The position numbers and the translations under genes were made by a program. Positions 12,482 to 25,946 of a DNA stretch of 64,000 nt are shown in pieces. The stretch covers positions 55,876,335 to 55,940,334 of the forward strand of contig NC_090393.1 in the NCBI RefSeq assembly GCF_036365525.1, read 5' to 3'. A model generated the notes under the pieces. That model was not told the DNA's origin, made no database searches, and was given only the letters and a program-made list of their open reading frames with translations. The stretch's first letter is position 1; the number at the start of each line of letters is the position of its first letter. The stretch comes from Heterodontus francisci. Lineage: Eukaryota.

Positions 12482-12956
12482 TAGAGGCCTGCTACCCGAC
12501 TCTAACCCGAGGAGACTCAATGGCATGTGTCAGATTGGGGTTGGGTCGGGTCGGGCCCATCTTCAGGGTACAGCTTTCAGGCTCGGGTCAGGTCGGGCCA
12601 AGTCCAGGTCGAGTTGGGCCGGGTCGGGCCGGACACATATGGTAAGTGTTAACATGGTAAGTATTAAAATTTAAAAACTTACCTGAGCTGGGAGTCCGAG
12701 ATGAAACTGAGTTTGCACAGTGAGCAAGTGATGTCACTATGGCGTCATCGTGCATGCGCTGCAGCTTCATGGAGCTTCTCAATCGGAAGGTAAGTAAAGG
12801 TTGGGGCGGGCTTGGGTTGGGTTGACTCAGGGCTGGTTTAGGTCAGGTCGGGCTCGGGGAAAAATCTGAGGGACTTGAGCCGGGTCGGGCTTGGATCTGC
12901 TGTGGTTCGGTCGGGTTCGGGTCAGGTTCTTTTTTCCCTACCTGAACAGGCCTCTA
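12482..12956 (+). mobile_element. hAT-type MITE
   Basis: 10-bp TIR TAGAGGCCTG/CAGGCCTCTA; perfect 8-bp TSD GTGTACTG at 12474-12481 and 12957-12964; many TCGGG subterminal repeats. Confidence 0.9.
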
Positions 12957-14909
12957 GTGTACTGTGACAATTCATAAACTTTGGCATATTGGAAGTCCTG
13001 TGACAGCTGGTCCAGTTGTGTCTACAATATAAAACATTTGTGGTAGCCATCCAGAGCTCCTGTAGCTACACTGCACGGTTATTGTTCCAATACACTTGAT
13101 TGAAGAACCTTTGTGGGCAGTCAGCCTAGGTGTGGTGGGATGTGCCATAGATTTCCATTCTTTAAGTCCATGTCCATCAGTATACAGATCGGCAGAATAT
13201 TTTCACTTGCTCCAGTGTTGATTTTTACTTTGAGCTTATGCTTGCCACTCTTCTTCAGAAATATAATCCCAATCACAACAAAAGCCTTAGATTGCATAAT
13301 ACAAACGCCTCAGATTGTGTAATAACATCGACATGTTGATCCAAATTAACTATGTGAAATGCTTGCTCGTGGTTCACATGAGTGTATTCTTCATTTATTC
13401 TTCATTCATGTCCTCCTGAAAAATCTGTCTCTCTGCTGACTCAATGTACCTGCTTGGGCTTTTGTTGTGTGTTAGCAAACCTTTTGTTGCATTTGCCATC
13501 CTGTCTTGCAGACGTTCTCTCTGCTGGTGATCTGCCACCATTCCTGTATGCATTATCTGGGCTCAGCCTTCTACACTGCCTTGCCCAATGTCCTTGCATG
13601 CCACAAGCTTTGCCCTGGTCCTCGTGTGCTGGACAACTGCGAATTTGGTGAGTCAGGTCACATTTGCCAAAAGGCTCAGCAGCGGCAAGCATAAGATCAG
13701 AGAAAAAATCTGAGCCTTGGTTACCATACCAATTGTCATAGCTGCCCCCAATGCTTGTAACTGTTGGTGTCTAGCCATGATGGCTTCAAATTTCCTTCCA
13801 TCATTGAGTACTGCATCTATATTTGTGCCCTAGCAGGTCTTTTTGAAAGGACTCTATTGGGGTTGGTGTGCTTACTAGCTTTATTAACCCATTCTGTCAA
13901 TTCAATTTCTGTGAAGTCATATTCTTGGGCTTTGTCTCAGCACCTTGCAAAAAACTGGTCAATGGATTCATCTTGCCTTTGCCGGTAGTTCATAAGCTCA
14001 AGCCACGTACTCGGAAATTGACCTTTACCGACAGTTGCTCCTCCAGGAATGTCCATATCTTGCTAGGGTCCCCCTGATCCTCAGCTGACAATTCTGATGC
14101 ATTGATCCATTACAGACCTTCGTTGCCCAGTGCAATCTTAATTTTGATAGCTTGTTTCTCTGGTTTGCACACTTCTTGATCCAGGAAACCGAGTTCCATT
14201 CGCTGTCAAAACAGTTTAAATTAAGACACTGTATCCGATGCCTTCCAATCTATAAAAGCCATTGTCTTAATGATCCCACTTTTTATAAATATAGGACTTG
14301 TTACAAGTTTTCTTTTTCACAGGCACACTTCTTTTTTATTGTGTAGACAGATTCGTTTTCTGCAGGCCTGTCCCTTTAAGAGTGAGACTACATATTTTTC
14401 ATAAGCAGAGAGAGCAGTTCGTTCTCTGCAGCCAGCTGCAGCTTGCAGAGCCAGCAGCTACCACAACCTGCCTTTTTCACTGTGCTGTGGACCTCCTGGC
14501 ACTGTTGAGCTCTTGCTTCTTTTTCTAGCTTAGGCCCCGCATATGAAGCAAAAAAATAATAATCTGGGAAATCTAAAACTGTTATGGCTTCAGCTACTGC
14601 TTTTCAAATTTTTCAACCCACTGGCAGGCCAGTTAAAAGCTCTGATACCCTGGCAAATTGCAAGCGGTACTCACAGATTTTCAACACCTCCTGGGGTCTG
14701 TGGTTCTAGCTCACTGTGCTGTTGTGGGCTCTCCTGCCAGCTACTCTCCAGGATCTTCAGCCGCTCCAGGTAAGCAACCTGCTGTTCTTAGCTCTCAGTA
14801 TGTTTTTCGGAAAAAAAATCAAATGTCGCCATGATGTAATATTTAGTAGTCTTCAGAAAAAATTATATCCCACCACTGCCACCATTTCACATTACTTGTC
14901 CCTTTGATA

Positions 14910-17020
14910 TGTGAACAAAGAACAAAGAACAGTACAGCACAGGAACAGGCCATTCATCCCTCCAAGCCTGTGCCAATCTTGATGCTTGCCTAAACTAAAA
15001 CCTTCTGCACTTCTGGGGACCGTATCCCTCTATTCCCATCCTATTCATGTATTTGTCATGATGCCTCTTAAACGTCGCTATCGTACCTGCTTCCACCACC
15101 TCCCCCGGCAGCAAGTTCCAGGCACTCACCACCCTCTGTGTAAAGAACTTGCCTTGCACATCCCCTCTAAACTTTGCCCCTCTCACCTTAAATCTATGTC
15201 CCCTAGTAACTGACTCTTCCACCCTGGGAAAAAGCTTCTGACTATCCACTCTGTCCATGCCGCTCATAACTTTGTAAACCTCTATCATGTCGCCCCTCCA
15301 CCTCCGTCATTCCAGTGAAAACAATCCAAGATTATCCAACCTCTCCTCATAGCTAATGCCCTCCAGACCAGGCTACATCCTGGTAAATCTCTTCTGTACC
15401 CTCTCCAAAGCCTCCACGTCCTTCTGATAGTGTGGCGATCAGAATTGCACGCAATATTCTAAGTGTGGCCGAAACTAAGGTTCTTTACAGCTGCAACATG
15501 ACTTGCCAATTTTTATACTCTATGCACCAACCGATGAAGGCAAGCATGCCGTATGCCTTCTTGACTACCTTATCCACCTGCGTTGCCACTTTCAGTGACC
15601 TGTGGACCTGTACGCCAAGATCTCTCTGCCTGTCAATACTCCCAAGGGTTCTGCCATTTACTGTATACCTCCTACCTGCATTAGACCTTCCAAAGTGCAT
15701 TACCTCACATTTGTCCGGATTAAACTCCATCTGCCATTTCTCCGCCCAAGTCTCCAACCGATCTATATCCTGCTGTATCCTCTGACAATCCTCATCACTA
15801 TCCGCAACTCCACCAACCTTGGTGTCGTCCGCAAACATACTAATCAGACCAGCTACATTTTCCTCCAAATCATTTATATATACTACAAACAGCAAAGGTC
15901 CCAGCACTGATCTCTGCAGAACACCACTAGTCACATCCCTCCATACAGAAAAGCACCCTTCCACTGCTACCCTCTGTCTTCTATGACTGAGCCAGTTCTG
16001 TATCCATCTTGCCAGCTCCCCTCTGATCCCGTGTGACTTCACCTTTTGTACCAGTCTGCCATGAGGGACCTTGTCAAAGGCTTTACTGAAGTCCATATAG
16101 ATAACATCCACTGCCCTTCCTTCATCAATCATTTTTGTCACTTTCTCAAAAAACTCAATCAAATTAGTGAGACACGACGTCCCCTTCACAAAACCACGCT
16201 GCCTCTCGCTAATAAGTTCGTTTGTTTCCAAATGGGAGTAAATCCTGTCCCGAAGAATCCTCTCGAATAATTTCCCTACCACTGACGTAAGGCTCACCGG
16301 CCTATAATTTCCTGGATTATCCTTGCTACCCTTCTTAAACAAAGGAACAACATTGGCTATTCTCCAGTCCTCTGGGACCTCACCTGTAGCCAATGAGGAT
16401 GCAAAGATTTCTGTCAAGGCCACAGCAATTTCTTCCCTTGCCTCCCTTAGTATTCTGGGGTAGATCCCATCAGGCCCTGGGGACTTATCTAACTTAATGC
16501 TTTGCAAGACACCCAACACCTCCTCCTTTTCGACAATGAGATGACTGAGACTATCTGCACTCCCTTCCCTAGGCTCATCATCCACTAAGTCCTTCTCTTT
16601 GGTGAATACTGATGCAAAGTACTCATTTAGTACCTCACCCATTTCCTCTGGCTCCACACATATATTCCCTTCTCTGTCCTTGAGTGGGCCAACCCTTTCC
16701 CTAGTTACCCTCTTGCTCTTTATATACGTATAAAAAGCCTTGGGATTATCCTTAATCCTGTTTGCCAATGACTTTTTATGACCCCTTTTAGCCCTCCTGA
16801 CTCCTTGTTAAGTTCCTTCCTACTGTCTTTATATTCCTCAAGGGATTCATCTGTTCCTCGCCTTCCAGCCCTTACGAATGCTTCCTTTTTCTTTTTCACT
16901 ACGCTCACAATATCCCGCGTTATCCAAGGTTCCCAAAACTTGCCAAACTTATCCTTCTTCTTCACAGGAACATGCTGGTCCTGGATTCTAATCAACTGAC
17001 ATTTGAAGGAGTCCCACATG
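14910..17020 (-). mobile_element. CR1 LINE, 5'-truncated, with 427-aa RT ORF (15485-16768)
   Basis: KSPGPDGI, NYRPVSLTS, MDFSKAFDKVPH, FADDTK motifs; GTTCTTT tail. Confidence 0.95.
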
Positions 17021-17690
17021 AACTATTGTATGACTCACAGTACTACAAGTAATAGGCAAAGAAAATGTGGGTTGTATTATAACTTAACTAGAACATATAT
17101 ATATTCATACATACAGCTACTACATGAGCCACATCTAAACATCTCAGTATGTCTGGTTGGACCCACAACGTCCTGGTCATGTGTGACGTGACATCATTTC
17201 CTCCAGTGACCTTCACTTACTGCTTCTTAAGGTCGTCCTCCTAAGGTCCTCCCACACCAAAATATAGAAGGGTGACTTGAATGAGATTTTTTAGGCTTTT
17301 AAAGGAATTGAGAGGAACGATAGAAATTTTCTTCCATTGGCGGCGATGGGGGTGGCTGGATTAGGACAAGGTGGCATAATTTTAAATCTGACAACTAGAT
17401 TTTGTTAATCAAGGGCATTAAAGGATATGGAGCCAAGGCAGGTGGATGGAGTTAGGGTAGAGTTTAACTATGATCACATTGAATGGCAGGACATGCTGGA
17501 GGGGCTGAACAGCCTGCACCTGTTTTTATGTTCCCATGAGTTATTCTGCTTAGTTACATTGTCAGTTAAGTAAGCCATTCATTTCCATTCCACTTGTGGA
17601 CACTCGGCTGTGACCTCGGCATTGAATAAGCACTTAACAAAGATACACCAATACCAGCCAACCATGCAAAATCATGCTCACTAACATCTA

Positions 17691-18325
17691 GGGCTGAATT
17701 TTATCAGCCCTTCAATGTTGGGGGACGTGACAGGGGGGCCCGTAAAATACTTGCCGGACTAGCCTGCCAGACCCGCAATGCCGAGAAGGCCCCGCCGCAA
17801 ATGACTGGTGGTGGCGAGGCCTCGATGCGCGTACCCTCCCGCCGCCGAGCGGCAGGGCCGAATTAGCATATTGTAATGAATGCAAATACATGGTAAATAA
17901 CTTGCCTCGACCGGGCTGCTGTCCCACGGCGATATTCCAGCTTGTGGCCGGAAGTCCCGTGCCTTCTGATCCCCATTTTGGGATTCAAGGTGAGACACTG
18001 GTGGGGAGGAGGGAGGTGTTTTTATTGGCTGTGAGGATGGCGAGAAGGGGTTGGGGAGGGCGCGGCTGGAAAGGGGCCACAGCTTTTAATTATTTTTCAG
18101 TGAAGATGCTCGATAATGTGACTTTAAAAATTTAATTTGTATTTAAGGGCTTGAAACCCTTGAAAATTGGTGCCGTGCCTGCACCGTGGTGCTGGACGCC
18201 ATTCCCGAGGATGGAGTGGCCTCCCCCTTTATGTCATCGGGGGCGGCGGTGGCACTTCCGTGTCTGAAGGCCCCAACTTCAAAGCGTGCCGCCGCAATGT
18301 GCGGCGCACTAATAAAATTCAGCCC
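17691..18325. mobile_element. PIF/Harbinger-type MITE
   Basis: TIR GGGCTGAATTTTAT/ATAAAATTCAGCCC; 3-bp flanks CTA/CTG. Confidence 0.8.
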
Positions 18326-18574
18326 CTGGTGTCAAAGCATTCCATAGCCATGCTCATAGAAACATAACTCGTTGCCAGTGTCTCGGATGACTCCATTATC
18401 ATCCAAGTCCTTCCAGCAGGACAGGCTTGTATGTTACTACCACCAGGCCAATGAGTTAGATTATAAACTGCTGGGCATGCATGAGGTGCTGTGAGCCATC
18501 AGCAGCAGCAGCCATGTATTCAAGTACAATTTTTAATCTCATGGCTCATTATAGCTATCCAACCTCACCTTGAT

Positions 18575-20040
18575 CAACAACATCAACAACGTGTATTTGT
18601 ATAGTGCCTTTAACGTAATAACTAGGTTCTTTTACCCCGAGGTGAAATTAAAGCGATGGACAAAATCTTGGCCAAAGAATTATGTTTCAAAGAATGCTAT
18701 AAAAGGGGAAAGAGAGGTAAAGAGGTAGAGAGGATTTGGGAAGCAATTCCAGTTCTTAGGGCCTAGGCAGCTGAAGGCAATGGTGGAATGATTAAAATCG
18801 GGGGTGCTCAAGAGTTCAGAATTAGAGGAGTACAGATATCTTTGAGGGTTCAAGCGCTGGAGGAGCTTACAGAGATAGAGAGGGGGAGGCAATTGAGGGA
18901 CTTAAAAACAAGGATGAAAATTTTCACATTTTTGCATTTCTGGCCCAGGAGCCAATGTAGGTCAACGAGCAAAGGGGTGATGAGTGAACAGAACCTGGTG
19001 CGAGTAAGGGCACAGACAGCAGAGTTTGGATGACTCAAGTTTATTGGGGGGTACAATGTGGAAGTGCATTGGAATAGTCAAGTTAATAGGTAACAAAGGC
19101 ATGGATGAAGGTTTCAGCAGCAGATGAGATGAGGCAAGAGCAGTTAGCCAGTGTTATGGAGGTGGAAATAGGCAGTCTTAATGATGGTATGGATATGTGG
19201 ACTGAAGCTTATCCCAGTTGCAAACAGTTTGCTTCAACCTCAGATAGTTGCCAGGGAGATGGAGTTGGTAATGAGGGAATGGAGTTTGTAGTTGGAATCA
19301 AAGACAATTGCATCAGTCTTCCCAATATTTAATTGGAGGAGATTACTGCTCATCCAGTATTGAATGTTGGACAAACAATTTTATAACTTAGCATCAGTGG
19401 AGGAGTTGAGAGAAGTGGTGGTAAGGTAGAAGTGTGTGGCATGAGTGTGCAAGTGAAATATAACACTGTTTTCGGATGATGTTGCTGAGGAGCAGCATGT
19501 AGATGTTAATAGGAGCGTGTCAAAGATACATCCTGGGAGCACACCAGAAGTAATTCCATGGGAGTGAAAAGTGAAGCCTTTTCAAGTGATAATCTGGCTA
19601 CCATTAGATAGATAACAATGGAGCCAAATGAATGCTGTCTTAAGCTGCTGGGCAATGGTTGAGACAATTGGAAGAGGATGGTATAGTCAACTGTGTCAAA
19701 GGCTGCAGACAATTTGAGAAGGTCCAGAAGGGATAGTTTACCTTTGTCACAGTCACATAGGATGGATGTCATTTGTGACTTTGATAAGCGCCGTTTTGGT
19801 ACTGTGGCAGAGGCAGATAATTAATTGGAGGGATTCAAACATGGAGTTTCTGGAAAGATGGCCATGGATTTGGGAGGCAGCAACATTTCCAAGGACTTTC
19901 TAGAGAAAAGGGACGAAGATGGGGCAGTAGTTCGCTAGGATGGTGGGGTGAAGCCATTTTGAGGAGACGGATTATCACAGCAGACTTAAAGGAGACAGCA
20001 CCTCATCAGAGACCACCATTAACAGTATCAACGAACAGAG
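18575..20040 (-). mobile_element. Degenerate L2 LINE
   Basis: LCDCDKGKLSLLDLLKLSAAFDTVDY and ITPLLVDLHWL motifs; L2-type tail. Confidence 0.8.
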
Positions 20041-20099
20041 AACAAGAAGCAAGTTAGATCAGATGAAGCCAGATGACCAACACTGGCATAGTGAGAAAT

Positions 20100-21470
20100 G
20101 TAGAAGAGCATGCTGATTGCAGCACTACGTGTAGCTGAAAATGAGGAGCCAACCTGTCAAAGCTACAATACCGGACTCTGTGAATGCTAAACAGTGGAAG
20201 GAACATCGTATATGTGGAGCTGAGTGATCCCACACTTAATGGATCAGGTCATAGCTTTGCTGTTTTGTGACATCCAGTTGTGAATGGTGGTGAGCAATTA
20301 AGCAACAAAACGAAGGGGGAGCATCCATGAATATGCCCGTAGTGAATGATGGCAAAGCCCAAAAAGCAATTAGAAAAGACGAGGTTGAAGCGTTCATCAC
20401 CACCATCAGCCAGAAGTGCAGATTGGATCAACCTGCAGCCCAATAATAAACCAAAGAGCTGAATTCCAGATGTGGTGACATTGACTTCCTTTGACATTAA
20501 GGCAGCCTTTAACCAAATGTGGCACCATCGTAAAACACAAGGCAATGGGCATCAAGGGACAACCTCTGCAGTGCCTGGTGTCATAGGTAGCAAAACGAAA
20601 GATGGCAGTGATCATTTGAGACCAATCAGTTAGCACCAGGAGATCGCTGCAGGTGTTCCCAAGGGCTGCATCCTAGGTCCCAACTATGTGTAACTGCTTC
20701 ATCAATAATATTTCCTCCATTATAAGGGCAGAAATTGGGCTGTTGTCTGATGATTGCACAGCTCCATTGACAATTCCCCAGATAATTGTGTATGGCTGCA
20801 TCTAATAAGAGATAGTCTAACCACATCCTTTGACATTCAATGGTATTGCCATCAACAAATTCCCCACCATCAACATCCTAGGAACACCACTGACAAGAAA
20901 CTCAATTGTTATAAAAATCAGAGGCTTTTTTTGTGGCAAGTCACTCATATCCTGACACCACCCAAACCACACCCGCCCACCCCAATACCTCTGTACCAGT
21001 AACAAGCCACAAGTCAGACTGTGATGGAATACTTTCCAGTTGCCTGGGTGCGGCTAGAAGAACACTAAAGAAGCTTGGCATCATCTACGAAAATAAAGTA
21101 ATCCACTTGATCAGCACTTTATCTTAAACATCCATTTCTTCCACCATGGGTGCATCGTGACTTGAATGTGTACTATCTACAGGATACACTGCAGCAAGTC
21201 GCCAAAGCGTCTATGCCACCTCTCCTAAACCTAGAAGGGTAATGACAGCAAATGCATGGGAACATCATCACTTCTAGGTTCTCCTGCAGTCGCACACCAA
21301 CCTGACTTGGACGTCAAGTCTTTGGAACTCCACTTTACAGTACCTTGGGAGCACCTTCATTACGTTGAGTGTCGTGGATCAAGTAAAAGGTGCATTATCA
21401 ACATTTCAAGGGAACTATAGATGGACAATAAATGACAGTCTTGCCAGAGATTCCCATTTCCAGAGAACGA
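20100..21470 (+). mobile_element. Highly degenerate LINE of the same family as 28169-31425
   Basis: Patchy similarity (GACATTAAGGCAGCCTTT, CCTAGGTCCCAAC, tail). Confidence 0.65.
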
Positions 21471-21534
21471 AAAACCCCAGATACTGTTTTATTTCACAAA
21501 AACCGAGCATACTGAGTAACAATTGGGATCTGAC

Positions 21535-23150
21535 TCTGTTTTTATATTCGTGGGATGTGAGCATCACTGGCAAGGCCAGCATTTATTGATCGTCCCTAAT
21601 TGCCCTTGAGAAGGTGATAATGAGTCGCCTTTTTGAAGTGTTGCAGTCCACGTGGTGTAGGTACACCCACAGTGCTGTTAGGGATGGAGTTCAAGGATTT
21701 TGACCCAGTGACAATGAAAGAGCAGCGATATATTTCCAAGTCAGGATGCTTTATGAATTGGAGATGAATTGGACGGTAACCGTGAGGTGGAGGTGTTCCC
21801 AGGCATCTGTTGCCCTTGTCCTTCTAGATGGTAGATGCCGTGGGTTCGGAAGGTGCTGTCGAATGTTGGTGAGTTGTTGCAGTGCATCTTCTAGATGGTA
21901 CACACTGCTGCCACTGTGCGCTGGTGGTGGAGGGAGTGAATGGGGTATCGATTAAACAGGCTGCTTTGTCCTGGATGGTGTCGACCTTCTTAAGTGTTGT
22001 TGGAGCTGCACCCACCCAGGTAAGTATTCCATCACACTCCTGATTTATGCCTTGTAGATAGTTGACAAACTGGGGGAGTTAGCAGATAAACTATTCACTG
22101 CAAATTCCACACCTCTGACCTGCTCTTGTAACTGTATTTATATGGCTGGTCCAGTTAAATTTCTGATCAATGGTAACCCCAAGGATATTGCTGGAGGATG
22201 GGGAAGGGGGGATGGGGTGTGCTGAGGTTGTTCACCGTTTGTAATTCCAATGAACGCCAAGGGGAGGTGGTCAGATTATTTCTTGTTGGAGATGGTCATT
22301 GCCTGGCAATTATGTGGCACAAATGTTATTTGCCACTTATCATCCTAAGACTGAATGTTGCCCAGATCTTGCTGCATGTACCTGAGAAGTTATGAGTAGT
22401 ACTGAACACTGTGCAATCATCAGTAAACATCCGTACTTCTGCCCTAATATTGGAACGAAGGTCACTGAGGAAGCAGCTGAAGCTGGTTGAGCCTAGGCCA
22501 TTCCCCTGAGGAGTTCCTGCAGCTGGGGCTGAGGTAATTGGCCTCCGAAACCACAACCATCTTCCTTTATGCTAGCTTTGACTCTAACCAGTGGAGTGTT
22601 TTCCCCTTGGCTTTAATTTTGTTAAGGCTCCTTGATGCCACCCTTTCACCTCACCTCTGGAATTCAGCTCTTTTGTCCATGCTTGGATAAAGGCTGTAAT
22701 GAGGTTTGGAGCCAAGTGGTCCTGATGGAATCCAAAATGATTATCAGTGAGCAGGTTATTGGTGAGTAAGTCCCATTTGATAGGGCTGTCAACGACACCT
22801 TCAATCAGTTTGCTGATGATTGAGAGCGGACTGATGGGGCAATAATTGACTGGAATGCATTTGTCCTGCTTTTTGGGTAGATGACATACCTGGGCAATTA
22901 TCCACATTGTCAAGTAGATGTCAGTGTTGCAGCTGCACTGGAACAACTTAGCTAGGGGTGTGGCTAGTTGTGGAGGACAAACCTTCAGTGTGGAAGATGG
23001 GATATTGTCATGGCCCAGAGCCTTTGCTATGTATAGTCCCTTTAGCCATTTCTTGACATCATGTGGAGTGAATCGAATTGGCTGAAGACTGGCATCAGCA
23101 ATTCTGGGAACCTCAGGAAGAGGTTGAGTTGCATCATCCACTCAACTTGA
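21535..23150 (-). mobile_element. LINE fragment of the same family as 28169-31425
   Basis: ORF 22584-23141 NYCPISPLSIISKL...WTKELNSRGEV; MGAAPTTLKK. Confidence 0.85.
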
Positions 23151-24239
23151 GTTAAGATAAGACATGAAGGGATGATTCTGCTTGACTGAAACAAAATTAC
23201 TTCTACATGTCTTCCTACATTTCACCTTTTATGCCAATTGAAATCTTTCCACTACAAATTTGGTTCAATTATCCGACTATTAGTATTAGTATCTGTTTCT
23301 GTGTTATCTAAATCCAATTTTAACAGACGGCAGGAAAGGATCAGGCAGCTGCTATTGGGCACCTTGGGTCAGAGATTTCCCACACTGTGGGGCGTGAGGA
23401 ATATATTGATTGCAGATATAGGCTAAAAAATGTTTATTGTGTATATTTTGGGAATGCAATCTTAAAGACTAGATATTAGGATATTAATTACCCTTTCTCA
23501 TTTTTAAAAACATGTGCACTTTGCTTTAAAAATCGAATCCATTTTGTGGAAAAATGGCTAAAAGAAACCCTGAAACGTACTACTCATATTGATTAGCTCT
23601 CCAAGTCATGATAAATTTAGAGTGGCCTAATTCAATTGTAATGGTAACTGTAGTATCAGTTGTTGGTAACATAACTGACAGATGATATAGCAAGTTGTTT
23701 TAACCTATCATTGCCTCACATAAAAGCTGGCTTGGAGGCAACCCACGCGAGGTATTGTTTTATTAACGGTGGGTGGATGTAATTGTAGGTACTGATACCT
23801 GTTGCTTGTGTGAGGTTTTATTTCTGGTACAAGAAATGACACACAAGCAAAATACCTTGGGGTCTAAACCTAATAAACACTCACAGGAAGTGAACATTAT
23901 TACAATTAATTTTAACCCTGCTGCAACAAACTAACATCTCAGATATGTATATTAACTGTACAATTCTCTGCAGATTCAGATATATTTTGATGTATTTCAG
24001 TAATAACTGTAAATATGTGAGCAGGTTGTAATGAAAAGAAACGGCCGTGTGTACCGCATAATATTTGTTTTGCTTTCAGCGGGTTGAGCAGAATGGTGCT
24101 TTCCGCCTTCAGCGTGAATCAACCAATAAAGATAAAAATACTTGTGTGACATGTTCTGTCACCAAAAGATGAACGAGGCCGCGACGTAAAGACGCTTATT
24201 ATTTTGGACAATCAGAAAATGATGCAACAAAAGAGGCTA

Positions 24240-24960
24240 TAGCCAAGCACATTTTCCCATTTCAAGGATTTATCCAACTCCCTCTTGAAAGTTATTATTG
24301 AATCTGTTTCCACTACCCTTTCAGGCAGTGCATTCAAGGCTATAACAAACCGCCACGTGATTTTTTCCCCCCCTCATCTGGCGTCCCATTCTTTTATCCA
24401 CTCCTTTTAATCTGTGGGCCATACCGGCCCTTTTATCACTGGAGACAGTTTATCCTTATTTACTCTACAAACACCCTTCCTGATATTGAATACCTCTGTT
24501 AATTTTGTCCATAACGATCTCTGCTCCAAGAACAACAGCCCCAGTTACTCTAGTCTCTCCATGTAACTGAAGTCTTTCATCTCTGATATCATTCGAGTAA
24601 ATCTCAGCTGCACCGTTACTAAGGCCGTGGCGTTCTGTCTAATGTATGGTGCCCAGAATTGGCCACAATATTCTAGCTGGGGTCTAACCTGTGTTTTATA
24701 AAGGTTGAGCATAACCTCCTTGTTTTTGTACTCTCTTCCTCTATTTATAAAGCCAATGATGCCGTATATCGTTTTAACAGCCTGCTCAACTTTTCCCCCC
24801 ACCTTCAAAGACATGTGTAAGTACACCCCAGTTCTTCGTTCTTGCGCGCCCTTTAAAATTCCTTTATATTGAGTCTCCTCAATCGTCCTACACAAATAAA
24901 TCATTTCACACTTCTCTGCGTTAGATTTAATGTGTCATGTATCACGCCATTTCTCCATCC
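24240..24960 (-). mobile_element. CR1 LINE 3' fragment
   Basis: LYKTQVRPQLEYCGQFWAP in ORF 24545-24904. Confidence 0.85.
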
Positions 24961-25651
24961 GAATGCGAATTATTTCATTTTCAGTTAATTTCAAATCGGA
25001 CAAGGTGCAACAAACCCCAAGAAAAACCAGTGTTATAGACTATTAAAAACAAGAATAACATCTGTGTCAAAATGTTTAGTTATTCATGCTAAAGTATCTG
25101 ATGTCTGTATTGAAGAATACAGTTATCGATGTGTGTTATAAATTAGATTAAAGCTTTCATTTGAAGATATTCTCCGGTAAATGTACTGGCTAGAGAAGGC
25201 TGAAAGAAACCGCAATGCGTTAACAACTTTAAGCTCTTCATAAAAAATACTTCATTGTAAACATAATATCCTAACCTATATTTTTTAGAAATGTAGCTGA
25301 ATTTCTATGGACTGGTCTTCATGTATAGGAAGATTGTCGTTGTACGTTGCACAGAACAACACTGCCTTTAGAGGGGCGCAAGTAGTGATTAAAGTTGCTT
25401 CCTAAAACTCACACCTGGTATGTATAAAGGAAATATCTAAATATATACCTTAATGATTTCCTTAAGCTGCTTACGCAATTATACATTTCAATACATTACC
25501 GTACTTATTAATAAATCCTGTGCGGGATGTGCAACATCCCAATATAGATCTGTTCTGTTATCCAATGTCGCCTTGTTCAGTTTGGAAGTCTTGTGACGTG
25601 GAGGGTTGGACGTGGTCATCATTGCTCGACTGGAGCTTGGAACGTCAACCC

Positions 25652-25678
25652 TAATTTGCATAATTAAGCACCACGTGG
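25652..25678 (+). promoter_or_regulatory. Ig light-chain promoter: octamer/decamer plus E-box
   Basis: TAATTTGCAT (octamer ATTTGCAT at 25654-25661, light-chain orientation) about 120 nt upstream of the ATG; CACGTG at 25672-25677. Confidence 0.85.
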
Positions 25679-25779
25679 TAAAACGCCCTCGTTCATCACA
25701 CTGATAAGGCAAGGGGAGCCTAGTAAAGGTTAATATCTTCTGCTGCAATCTGCCGGCGTTTCTGAATCAAACTGCAATC

Positions 25780-25831
25780 ATGATGTCCAAGTGGGTGCGT
25801 GTCATCACAACGCTGATAATTTTCGCAGTCT
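25780..25831 (+). CDS. IGL: Ig light chain leader exon (MMSKWVRVITTLIIFAV)
   Basis: Hydrophobic signal peptide, phase-1 donor T|GTAAGT at 25832, 115-nt intron to TAG|GT at 25946/7. Confidence 0.9.
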
Positions 25832-25946
25832 GTAAGTATTCAACAAACGTTTCGTTGGTTTCATTGTGAGTAACGTTTTGTTGTATTGAGATCTACGATG
25901 ACGATATTGGTCATATGAAGCTCTAATATTTTTCCAACTCTGATAG

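Larger units (their letters stand above)
11454..17259 (-). mobile_element. Internally deleted Ty3/gypsy (Mag-like) LTR retrotransposon with two diverged LTRs
   Basis: LTRs about 11454-11704 and 17027-17259; PPT next to 11704; PBS TGGTGGCAGTGGTGGGAT (14867-14884, tRNA-Leu type); gag knuckle ACGMQGHWARQC; protease KINTGASEN; integrase tail LRVGQKVRVL; flanks are two halves of one old CR1. Confidence 0.8.
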
